Source: Octopus sinensis (taxonomy: Eukaryota). Taken from it: a stretch of 64,000 nucleotides of DNA. The stretch lies in contig NC_042997.1 in the NCBI RefSeq assembly GCF_006345805.1, positions 139,562,001 to 139,626,000 of the forward strand, in the 5' to 3' direction. The translations under genes were made by a program, and so were the position numbers. The notes beneath the pieces were generated by a model that was not told the DNA's origin, made no database searches, and saw nothing but the letters and a program-made list of their open reading frames with translations. Below, piece after piece: positions 41,448 to 53,229 of this stretch (the stretch's first letter is position 1; the number at the start of each line of letters is the position of its first letter).

Positions 41448-42264
41448 CTGAAATATTTGCCATTTCCTAGTTCGAGTAAGAGGAAGGAAAATAAAGAGTT
41501 CGTTCACCAATAAGTCTGACATTAAAGTTTACGTTTAAAGCTGCCATTCGCATCATGAAGAGCACAGAAAAGTCAACATGCTTGTATTTTGTACAGATTT
41601 CTTTTGTTTTTGAAACAACATAAATAATTATACAATATTTTTTTCTTCCATAAACAAAAAAAAATTCAATCAATTCATAAGTTCAATTTTTTTCTATAGC
41701 CTACACTTATTTTTAATATTCATTTATATAAACATTTATCGGTAGAATGGTGAAAAGCCTAAAAAGTGTCCATTTTCGAAGATAAATTAATCAGAATTAA
41801 AAATAGACTTATTTATCATCAAGACTTTTTTTCCCCAGGAAACAAACTGCTGGTAATTATAAACAGTAATGGCAAGAGTAGTCCTAATAGAAGCGACTTT
41901 CAGGCAAAGCGTTATTTACATAAACAGTTTTAGAGAGTCATACATAAATAGAAGCATGTTGAGAGTCATTTAAAGTACTAAGTAATAAACAGCAGAAACT
42001 TTGTTCCGAGTAAGATTTTTATATAAAGGAACCATTGTTTTTAGAACAGACATTGGCAGTGAGTGAGAAGGAGAAACAAAACAAAAACATTTCCTTTCAA
42101 ACAGTTTGTTTTCCATACGAAGAACTTAACGTCTATCAATCAATCACACACTTATATTACATAATCCAAACATTAAATACAGTTACATCATTTCCAGGCA
42201 TAAAGTCAAATATTAGCAAGAGAAATCAGATTTGTCTGCATGTTTATGAACGTATTAGTAGCAT

Positions 42265-43220
42265 ATATAAATATATACATACATACACAAATACATACAT
42301 ATATATATACATACATAAATATATACATATATATACATACATAAATATATACATATATATACATACATATACATACATATATATACATACATATACATAC
42401 ATATATATACATACATAAATATATACATATATATACATACATAAATATATACATATATATACATACATATATATACATATATATACATACATAAATATAT
42501 ACATATATATACATACATAAATATATACATATATATACATACATAAATATATACATATATATACATACATAAATATATACATATATATACATACATAAAT
42601 ATATACATATATATACATACATAAATATATACATATACATACATACATATATATACATATACATATACATATATATATACATATACATACATACATATAT
42701 ATATACATATACATACATACATATATATATACATATACATACATATATATATATACATATACATACATATATATATATACATATATACATATACATACAT
42801 ATATACATATACATACATATATATATATACATATACATACATATATATATATACATATACATACATATATATATATACATATACATACATATATATATAT
42901 ACATATACATACATATATATATATACATATACATATATATATATACATATACATACATATATATATATACATACATATACATACATATATATATATACAT
43001 ATACATACATACATACATACATAAATATATATATATACATATACATACATACATACATAAATATATATATATACATATACATACATATATATATATACAT
43101 ATACATACATATATATATATACATATACATACATATATATATATACATATACATACATACATAAATATATATACATATACATACATAAATATATACATAT
43201 ATATACATACATACATACAC

Positions 43221-43254
<34 letters not shown>

Positions 43255-43528
43255 ATATACATACATACATAAATATATACATACATACATAAATATATAC
43301 ATACATACATAAATATATACATACATACATAAATACACAAATATATACATACATATGTATATACATATATGTATATACATACATATATATATATACACAT
43401 ATATACACAGACATATATATATACACACACACATATATATACACACACACACATATATACATACATACACATAAAAATATACATATATATACATACATAT
43501 ATATATATATATGTATATATATACATAC
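42265..43528. repeat. 1.26-kb complex (TA)/(CATA) microsatellite with 26-bp and about 22-bp higher-order units
   Basis: Repeated acatacataaatatatacatatatat, followed by acatatacatacatatatatat variants. Confidence 0.97.
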
Positions 43529-43606
43529 AAGCTGAAGCTTCACAAGTTGTTAGAGTTTCCCGTTGCCGATTTCGGAAGATAAATAAAAAAAGGGAACATC
43601 TGACCT

Positions 43607-43637
<31 letters not shown>

Positions 43638-43992
43638 ACGTACAATAATCATATATGCATTATAAGCAACACAAAAGTTTCAGTATTAAAACTTAAGACA
43701 TTAAAAATACTTTTATCGCTTAGTACATTCTTTAAAACAAATGCCTTGACAGTTCGATTAATTAATTCGCCAAACTTTTATTTAAGTTAACAAAAAAACA
43801 AAAAAAAAAATTCTTATTATTGCAATATAAATTACTTGGTCCTTTGCAGTAGAACAATAAGTTAGGGATACTGTTCAAGTTATTAATGCATCTTGGCTTA
43901 AAAGAAGAGACACAGGAATAACAATCTTTCCTTTTCAACATTTTTTTTTTAAATAGTTTGTTTTTTGTGACATTAATGTTTTTAGTCGTTAC

Positions 43993-44023
<31 letters not shown>

Positions 44024-44167
44024 CATACATACATACATATATATATATATATGAAAGTTACAATGTTTATATACACTGACGGGCAATGGGCGGTTGCTTC
44101 TAAGGAGCGAAAACAAGGAATTTAACATTCCTGTTTAAGAAAAAAAAAAAAAAAAGATAGAGAGAGA

Positions 44168-45352
44168 TCAATGCAAAACGATAGTGCCTCGTCTGACATA
44201 ATCTAGTGACATACTGTTACTATTAGGCTCAGGTTCTGGTTCATTAACGGAAACGTCAACTTTAGTCCACTGTTTAGTCTTGTTCGATTTACGTATGGCA
44301 TCTACAACTGCCTGTACATAAAGCGCATCTTCAAAGTTTGAAGCAGACGCTACGGGTTCAGGATGCCAATTTTGCCTCTCCTCTTCTTTCTCGAAGGCAT
44401 CCTTGACAGCTTCAATCATATGAATTAGTCCCTTGAGATAGGGACTTGGTATTTCAGTTCGTGCTTTTGGAGAAATGCCATATCTCTCCTCTTCTTTTAT
44501 AGGATCAAAATGAATTAGAGATTCTCGTGTGGCATTTAATCTTTGTTCGTATAAGTCCGAACCACGAGCTATCAACCGTCCTTTCCGGCCACAGACAAGA
44601 ATCTCTTGTACAAATTGTCCAGTTATATGAGAATTTAGAGTAACATTTACACAGGCACCTTTATCAAGCTCCATCTGGAAAGTGCAAAAGTCATCACTTG
44701 TAATTTCTCTAATTCCTTTGATGTTTTGTGTTTGTTTTGTGTAAGTTTTGAGCATGCCGTGAACACGAACGGCCCGTTCCGAAGTCAAAAAAGTTATAAC
44801 ATCAATTATGTTACTTCCAAAGGTATTCAGAACTCCTCCACCCATTCCTTCGTCGCACATCCAATCGTATTTTTCTTTCGGTAATCCTCCATAGTGAACC
44901 TTCACTTCACAAATGGTAATATTTCCAAGGCAACCCTCTTCGATAATTTTTTTCATTTTAACTATAGTTGGCAAGAAACGAAGACCATAACACATAAGTG
45001 ACATAAGTCTGGGATAATAACGAGCTGCTTTTACCATGAGTAAGGCATTCAGCTGCATAGGTCCGGACGGAGAACTGCAGAGCACATGTTTACCAATGCC
45101 AAGTGCTTTAACAGCAATGTAAGACTGGCTATGAGGTGGGCAACCAATAACTACAAGATCGACATCTTTTCGTAATAGTACATCATCGACTTTGTGGGTG
45201 CTAAATGGAATGTCCAGCTCAGCAGCTAATGTTCGAGCATCCAAGTTTTCACTGCCCCATAATGCAACGACGGGAAAACCGCAAACTTTGAGAATGGGTA
45301 CAAATGATTGAATAGTAGCGGTGGTCCCGAAAACACCAACCCCGGGTAACAT
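44168..45352 (-). CDS. GFOD1: Glucose-fructose oxidoreductase domain-containing protein (GFOD1/GFOD2 family), 394 aa, uninterrupted CDS
   Basis: Starts MLPGVGVFGT like human GFOD1 and carries the family motifs DVDLVVI, AVKALGIGKHVLC, AARYYPRLMS, LRFLP, YDWMCDEGMGGG, VHGMLKT, IREITSDDFCTFQM and FEDALYVQAVVDAI. No stops or frameshifts. GFOD1 and GFOD2 cannot be distinguished here; it is probably co-orthologous. Confidence 0.95.
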   Translation of the reverse strand: MLPGVGVFGTTATIQSFVPILKVCGFPVVALWGSENLDARTLAAELDIPFSTHKVDDVLLRKDVDLVVIGCPPHSQSYIAVKALGIGKHVLCSSPSGPMQLNALLMVKAARYYPRLMSLMCYGLRFLPTIVKMKKIIEEGCLGNITICEVKVHYGGLPKEKYDWMCDEGMGGGVLNTFGSNIIDVITFLTSERAVRVHGMLKTYTKQTQNIKGIREITSDDFCTFQMELDKGACVNVTLNSHITGQFVQEILVCGRKGRLIARGSDLYEQRLNATRESLIHFDPIKEEERYGISPKARTEIPSPYLKGLIHMIEAVKDAFEKEEERQNWHPEPVASASNFEDALYVQAVVDAIRKSNKTKQWTKVDVSVNEPEPEPNSNSMSLDYVRRGTIVLH

Positions 45353-46416
45353 GGTGTTTAAGTGTTCTCCAAGAACAAAGTTGATAATTTTCTTCCAAAG
45401 AGTTAAGATAAACAATGTCAATGCGCCATGTTGTACCTCAATTTCATATAAAACGGTGTCAAACGAAATGTGTATCTACTCAAATTTTTACTGGGATGTT
45501 TTCACTCTATTTGACAATTCATGTTCCTCGTTTAGTAATTTAAAGTTAGTTATCAGTTTTTCATTAAAAAAAATTGATTTAAATAAATATCTCCTGTTAC
45601 TATAACATTAACTACACTTTGTTTTGTCTAAATATTCCATTCACGATGCAAAATACGCAGATTTTCTCCAGTTTTTTCAAATTACTGAATATTATTTTTC
45701 AATGTTGAAGATAAGCTATTTATATAAAATGTGTTAGTGTAACCTATCAAGATGTTTTTATAATTTTTTTTTTATTGGACAGATTGCACACTACTTTACT
45801 GTTACTATATCCAGATGTTATTCTATCGTATATTTAAAGCGAATGAAATATCTAGGCAATTTCTATTTCTGACACAAGCAATATAAAAATAACAGTTTAT
45901 ATCTGTGTGTGTGTGTGTGTGTAAAACTGAAAGTACTGTTTATTTTCAACACATATCCAATATTTTGAATGGGTACAATGTGGGTTTGGGCGTGCGATGA
46001 TAAAACTTGAGCTCTCTCACTATACAAAAATGTTCCTTGTCAAGTCCTAAATACTTTGCATTTTTTAATTTACAAATACAGTTTATCTTTACAAATTTTG
46101 GCTACTGTGACATCATAGCACTAATTCGAAATAACGTTGGCTTGACAACATTAACCACTATTTCAAAGTCTTAAGCAGTAGTATAAGAAAAAACTTTTTA
46201 AAGAAAGTTTCCTAAACAGAATTTTTGCTTGAGATTCATAGTTCAAACAATCTTGATACTTTGGAGAAAGCAGTGCGCACACACTTCTATACAGTCGGTT
46301 GGATACATATTCATATTACGTTCGAAATTCAATGGTTCTGAAGCATAAATCTATTTATTCTCAAGATGTGTTGAAGTTTTATTCAAAATAAATAGTAAGT
46401 ATTTCTCCATCTAGAA

Positions 46417-46715
46417 CAGTGGTTCCCAAACTTTTTCGGGCTACCGTCCCTCTTGACACCCATCCCACATTCCTAGCGCCCCCATCCTCAACTAACCATC
46501 ACAAACGTAGACCTCTTTCTGAAGCAAATTCAAAGCAACTGTGTTTCACAAATAAAACTTAATCTAATGAACCCATTATTTTGTTGCTTTTACATGAATC
46601 GCTACACCATTACAGCCCCACCTTTTACATGAATCACTGCCCCCATTCCCCCTTGGAACTTTGCACACCTCCCCCGGGGGAGGGGAGGCAATAATGCCCA
46701 CTTTAGGAACCACTT
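46417..46715. mobile_element. hAT (Charlie-like) MITE
   Basis: TIRs cagtggttcccaaa / tttaggaaccact; 8-bp TSD atctagaa / atgtagaa with one mismatch. Confidence 0.8.
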
Positions 46716-47592
46716 ATGTAGAACTTCATCTCTAAGCATATAAACTTTGTCATTCTCTTAGTTATTTATAAGTTTTCATCTGAGCACTGTGTTATCAATT
46801 TACTGATATTTGCAAATTCTCTATACTGTCAAATTATTTGTAATGTTAACTATGTTGATTATAAGGAAGAAAAGAATTCTCAAATGAACACACAAGTGAG
46901 AAAATGTTTCAGTAAGAAATTGAAGTATATATAAAATTATTAATCAATGGTTGTTCAATAAATTTAAACCTTAGAATATTTACCACATTTAAAAAAAACA
47001 TCTTCATTTTTAGCTTTTCTGCAAAGACAACATTTATGTATGACAATTAAAAACAATGTAATCGATTCCTGATTTTCCCACTTGAGCTTGGGAAGGAATC
47101 GCTATATACAAAAGGCCATGTTACATGCCCCATTTCTATTTCTTGGTCGCCATCGCACTTTTGGTATATCGGCTGAAAATGAGGTACTATACTGAACGAG
47201 AGAGAGAATTAAAACATAGGTTGAAGGAGGAAGCACTTGCTGGTTTCAAAACACCGAACCTAGAAACTATCCTACTTGCAGTAGTTTTATATTTAGGATC
47301 TATTTTGAATTTCTTCCTCATAATATACGTCTTGCTCTCTACATTTTTCTTTCATTGCAAACTTCATTGCTGGTCTTTCTATGTTCTGTCACTCACCTGT
47401 ATCAATATCAATAGGATAATAACCATTTCTGTTGAAGAATTTCAGGATTTATGCTATAAACTTATCGATTTTGCAACGAATAATTTATTGTAATTTAATT
47501 CTCAGTATAGGCCACTGCCTTCTAGCCTACTTTTATTCATTACACACAAAGGGATGAACTTCATCATTAATTTAAAGATCACTAATATGATG

Positions 47593-47633
<41 letters not shown>

Positions 47634-47849
47634 CATACATAAAACAAAACAAAACAGGAAAGTGAAAGTATTTTGGCATCATTTATTCTCCATTACACGT
47701 GTTTCATTTACTAATAGGAATTACAAAGATTTACATGTTAGATAGACATGTAAGGGATTTCCTATGAGAAATTTGTCAGACAGAGGAAATTTATATTATA
47801 AATTTCTAATAGGAAATTCCTTACTTGTCTATTGTGATGTAAAGGTGGA

Positions 47850-49780
47850 AAAAGATGGAAGCAAAGGGAGAATTGCAGTAGTCTTACCTGTTGAACTGGA
47901 AGGGTTATTCACAATGTCCACTTGCTCTGTTTTGGTCTGGAAAGGTCACTCACAACATCCATGTGCGCTGTCTGCCGCCATACCATCTAACACATCTGCT
48001 CTCATACACTGTCCACCGCCAACCGACTGCTTGTGCCTCGCTGACCCCACATGCCTACCGCAGCCCTTCTATTTGAACCCACAGGCCTCACTTCCAGTCC
48101 TTCCCTACCACACAGCCTGGCTCATAACACCACATGCACCACTGATCTGAAGATCATTCATCCAACTTGCCCATACCCTCTCCTCAACCCTGACTACACA
48201 CCTTAACTTGTCTTGTAATCAGCCAACCAGTGAGGGGGACACCGCTCCCTCTGCAACCACCATGGGACTTCAGGACTGGCCTCAGTTCCTGGCATGTTGT
48301 TGCCAGCTTCGTCCTCTTGTATTTTACTGTTGACTCCATCCTCCATCGCAGTGATGAGCCTACACACATCCAAAACATGACATAGCATGCCATCTTCGGA
48401 CACATTGTTCCTTGAATTTACAAAGGTTATTGTCCCCTTTCCCCATTGTAATGTGTACCATGCATTTGGGGGTTTAACCCAGACTTCTTCTATGACCTGC
48501 ACAAAGGTATGCTCTTTCTCTTTTGTGGGTTACAGCAATGTGGTACATAGATGTCTCCACTCGTACTTAATTATTGCCCTGTGTGACACTGACTTCTCAG
48601 CCTGTCCTGACCTGAGTAACATATTATGCCAAAAACGACCTCGACCAGTGAGATGTGGCCCCTCCCTGCTGTGATATTGATGGTGCGATGATGCCTCTCC
48701 ACAACCCCATTACCACTTGGTCAGTATACTGCCCTGAAGAAATGGCTAACATGCCACTCATTGAGCATTTCCCCCAGCACCTCCAAGCGAAATACAGTAC
48801 CTTTGTCCACAAGCAGCTCTTCCACGGGGCCTCATTCTAGGAATATTTCATTTAGTATTCTTGTGATTTCCTCCACAGTTCCCATCTTTATCTCTCCCTC
48901 CCCCCATGGCCAACCGACTTGGTCTACAGTCGACCATCAAGAGGTATATCCCCCTGCTGGTAGTGTGTCATGTCCACTGCCAGTCATTTCCAGTTGTGTT
49001 CCACTGGAATGCTTCCTGTCTCATGCACACTCAGAGCAGGATCAATTGACTGGAACCTGTCGTATCTCCCAACTACTCTCTGCACACTGCCTGGTCGTGT
49101 CAGAGTCAACTTTCCTGGTTAGGAACAGGGTGCCACCCTTATGTGAGGTATGGTATGCAGTCTCCTCAGCTCTGAGGCTTTCAGTGAACACACTGCAGCC
49201 ACTCCTTGCTCCAGATACTCCGGCACCTGCAACCATACTTTCTTTACTCTGGTCAGGATGACCACTCTATTCTTCTCAGAGGGCACAAAACCCACACTCA
49301 GCCTCAGGTCAAACTTGGCAGCTAGCTCGCCCAGAATTCCCAAATGGTGTCTTATCAATATCTCTGCACCCCACTTTGGTTCGCACCCTCAGCTTGCTGG
49401 TAACCACTGATCCCACCCATCTAAGTACAGTGACCAAATTGGTCTGGATCTTCATGGTACACAGCCCCCACCTCAGGTTCAGCCCCTTCAACATGGCATC
49501 CAGCTCCACTACATTGATGTGATTGCAGTCGTCCTTCTTCTTGAACCAGCTGCATCCTCCACCACGACACCTATAATTTCCAGGATGACTCCCGTTGCTA
49601 TGCTGCTGGCATCACACCGCATGATCTTATTCTTCAATTTGGGCACATACCAGTTTCCTCTTACTGGGTTCTCCGTCATCACTCTCTCCAAGACTTCTTG
49701 CATCATGGCAGTTATCTTCTCACCCATGTTATCACTCCACCTCACTTCTTCAGCTTGGCTCATAACACCACATCTATCTA
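47850..49780 (-). mobile_element. Gypsy-like LTR retrotransposon pol remnant (RNase H and integrase)
   Basis: CDASSIATGVILE, ELDAMLKGLNL, FVPSEKNR, GPVEELLVDKGTVF and PSGNGVVERHHRTI occur in broken frames; GC is higher than the flanks. Boundaries are approximate. Confidence 0.75.
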
Positions 49781-50527
49781 ACATGTAAATCTTCATAATT
49801 CCTATCAGCAAATAAAACCCGTACATGCAATGGAGAATAAATAATGCCAAAAAACTTCCATTTTCCTGTTTGTTATACAATAACTCTGCAAATAATATTC
49901 CCATAATTCTCAATTTTAATATGTATTTTGACTAACATACAGCAGCAACGGTGGCTACATATTGATTGTAATAATGAAATAAGATGTGCTCCAAGAGGAA
50001 GCAACTAATTACCTATATAAAGTGTCTGCAAAAGTAACAATTTTGTAAAAATATTTAGGGTTTTTAAAGAAAGAAGGCTGTCATTGGCTTGCAAAAAGAA
50101 AGCTAAGTAAAGAGAACAAGAAAGAAAAGCTCAATAATTATAGTATGATGATTGCAAGGTCAAGGAAAACTTAGGAAATGTTACGTAAAATATTTTTCTA
50201 TTCAAATTTATATTTCCATAATATATACCTTTCACAAAAACTTTCCATCGTTTCTGACAAATACAATGTTAGTATAACAATATATATTACAAAAAATAAA
50301 ATAACCTCAAGGTAACAGCCTTAATGATAGCAACAGCAGCAACATTGTTTTCTGTGTTTGTTATTAATATAAAAGAGCTTGAATTCCACATGTTAGCCTA
50401 TCCAGAGGTTTCATGGCTTTCATCTAACCACACTGGGTATAGGAGTGGAGTGTAGAACTTTTTACTGAGCCCAAACCTTTGATTATATGTCATGCCTTCC
50501 AGCACACTTCTGTGCTACATATATATA

Positions 50528-50978
50528 TCTTTATATGTAAAAGTGAGGTTGTGTGTCTGTCTCCTACGATTTAGATTCCTAACTATCTTTATATATAAAA
50601 GTGAGGTTGTGTATCTGTCTCCTACGATTTAGATTCCTAACTACTCCCACATTTTGCGGTGCAGTTTAACCAAAAGCGGGTATCTTATAGTCGTGATTCA
50701 TATCGAGCCCTTCTGTGTATTAACGCGCATCTACGATGAGTCTACGATTTAAAAAAAAATTTACCATCAATTTTTCCCATTTTTTAATGCATTTTTGGCA
50801 TATATAAGGGAAGTAACTCTCTAAAAATTTATTATTAAATCTCAGAACGTAAAAAGCTACAGTAACACCCCCCTTTGTGGTTAGCCATATTGAGATGGCT
50901 ATTATACATTACATCTCTAAAAATGCTTATATAGTTATTTCCCTTACAAACCCGAGCAACGGCAGGCGATACTGCTAG
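50528..50978 (+). mobile_element. Non-autonomous Helitron with a duplicated 5' end
   Basis: 5' TC at both 50528 and 50586 (58-bp tandem duplication); 3' aaacccgagcaacggcaggcgatactgCTAG|T, shared with the element at 16413-16805. Confidence 0.78.
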
Positions 50979-51524
50979 TATATATATGAAAAAAAGTCAA
51001 GATAGAAAATGCTAAAATCATTTTATAAAAAAACATTTCAGTACCGATTTCAGTCATTGAGACTTTTTCAACTGTAAGTATGGAAAACAATTAAATTTAG
51101 AAAAATTAAAAGAAAAGTTTTTTTAAAAGAATATTTGTATAGTGTTCAAATACAAGTGGCATTTTCTTTGTTTCTGCCTGTCTCTGTCTCTCTTGTTTAC
51201 TTTTGTGGGTTCGAAGTCGTTGTGAATTCTTCGTAGGGAAGAAGAGAAGGAGGAGGAAGAAGAAGAATGTGGGAATGCCATGACAGTAGTATGTTGAGTG
51301 GTCAGCTGCGCTGCCCCGAAAATGACCCACTGTGGATGGTAGTAGTCACTGTTCAATTCATGAAAATATCTCTTTTGAATGTTTTGTTTATAAAAGCATA
51401 TATATATATATATAGAGAGAGAGAGATGTGTGTATTTTTCCCTTGTTAACAGTGTGATATCTTTGAAACATGTGTTGGAAGTAAAAGAATTTGAATTACA
51501 CCTGCTTTAAACTCCATTTATTTA

Positions 51525-51558
<34 letters not shown>

Positions 51559-51689
51559 AATATATATGCATAAATATATATGTACATACATACATATATA
51601 TACACATATATACATTTAGATACACACACATATACAAAATGTGGAAGATGTATAAATATAGATATACATGTATGTGTGCCTGTTCATAT

Positions 51690-52830
51690 AGATCCTACTG
51701 CAAACCAAATTGAAGGCTGTCATACATTAACACAGCCTCTTACCACCCACCTATCATGTTCATGATCCTAGTAAAGAATGTCAGCAAGAGGATTTCAAAC
51801 TTGTCTTCCAGTCAAGAAATTTTCGACACCACAGCTCTCTATTACAATGAGGCTTTGGTGTCCAGTGGGTTTAAGGATTGCATCTCCTATAAGTTGAGCC
51901 CTAGAACCCACGAAAGGAAGTGCCTCTGTGAAGTCATTTGGTTTGCCCCACCATTCTTGCTTAATGTCAAGACTTGCATGGGAAGTATATTCCTTAGCTT
52001 AATGGACAAACACTTCACAATCACACACATTCAGGTGTTTGTTTAATAGACACAACTTCAGTGTCTCTTTCTGTTGTGCACCCAGCTTTAGAAAAATATT
52101 AGTGAGCACCCCTAAACCATGAGCAGAGGTATTCATTGTAGGGTTTACAATAAATACTCAGTGGAGGGTGTGAGTTGATGTCACTCCAAGGGTGTGGTAT
52201 ATGAGGCTGAGGTGGTGACCAGCACTAGCAACACAACAGCACCAACAACACATCTACTGATAACAACAGCAACAGTAATTGCAGCAGCAGCAGCACGTCA
52301 AGCAGCAATACCAACAACAGCACCAGCAATATACTCAGCAGTGGCAGCTATAGCAGTAGCAGTTGCAACACAAAGATCATGCCCAACAATAGCAACAGTG
52401 CAAGCACCAGCAGCAACAACAGCGTCAACACCAGCATCGGACCCAGCTGTGACAGCAACATCGTTAGTGTTAATGCCAGCAACCACAGCAGCTGTAACAC
52501 CATCAGGACAATCGCACAGACAAGGAAATATGTTGGTGTCATTGTGTCTGAATAACCACAGGTCCTCTTTTAGGATACCAGAGAGGTGCAACATCATGTC
52601 CCTTGCCAACTACGTATGGCATTTAAAAGAGGAGAGTACACAATACCTTGTTAAATGGAGGCTCCTAGAACAACCAGGGCCATATCTCAATGGGAGAAAA
52701 TAATGTAAGCCAAAAGAGCAAGGATCCTGGAAAACTCACTTGATCCAGTGCCCTTTTTAAACTCCAAAAATGAAGTGCTTGGTCAATACCCTCATCAGAG
52801 GAAATTCCTGTTGCAAACAAGGAATTCTCC
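51690..52830 (+). mobile_element. Decayed Penelope-like element of Naiad/Chlamys type (RT thumb plus GIY-YIG)
   Basis: KRISNLSSSQEIF..YNEALVSSGF, VIWFAPPFLLNVKTCMGSIFLSLMDKHF, GVVYEAEV, KYVG and NNHRSSF..SLANYVWHLK..VKWRLL fit the motif series of that clade. Confidence 0.75.
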
Positions 52831-53178
52831 ATTTGCAGCCTAGGAAATTACTACTAATTTCGAAATTAGTCGGTGTTGAATTGCTGGAACCGATGTAAGG
52901 GGGATAACTCCACCTCATCCAAAACTGTACCTATAGGGTTTTGTTCTAGGAATTATTTGTTTACTCAAATTATTTATTATAAGGCACAAAAAGAAAATGA
53001 CTCTCCCCAGACACAACAGAATTTGTTTACAAAATTAACTGATTATTTTCTTCCTTCCAGTTGTAGAGAGGTTATGTGCCTCCAGCCATTTGAGCCTGAC
53101 AAGTCACTTATACAGCTAAGTGCTTTATAGGTGCAAAATTAATGGTCACTCTCTAACCAATCATAACAAACAACCTTT

Positions 53179-53213
<35 letters not shown>

Positions 53214-53229
53214 ATGTGTATGTATAAGT

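Noticed and set aside
42206-43652. Three 428-465 aa ORFs rich in M/Y/V/I/C
   Set aside because: They are translations of a TA/CATA microsatellite that happens to lack stops in all three minus frames.
45353-45421. 23-aa N-terminal extension of GFOD in the ORF track
   Set aside because: It starts at TTG; family similarity begins exactly at the ATG at 45352.
52176-52178. In-frame TGA in the Naiad-like element as possible selenocysteine
   Set aside because: It precedes an intact TGT (Cys) rather than replacing it and is best explained by CGA-to-TGA decay. The copy is otherwise broken, and I recognised no SECIS.
52853-52870. 18-bp palindrome actaatttcgaaattagt
   Set aside because: AT-rich and adjacent to a decayed Penelope end; no supporting structure seen.
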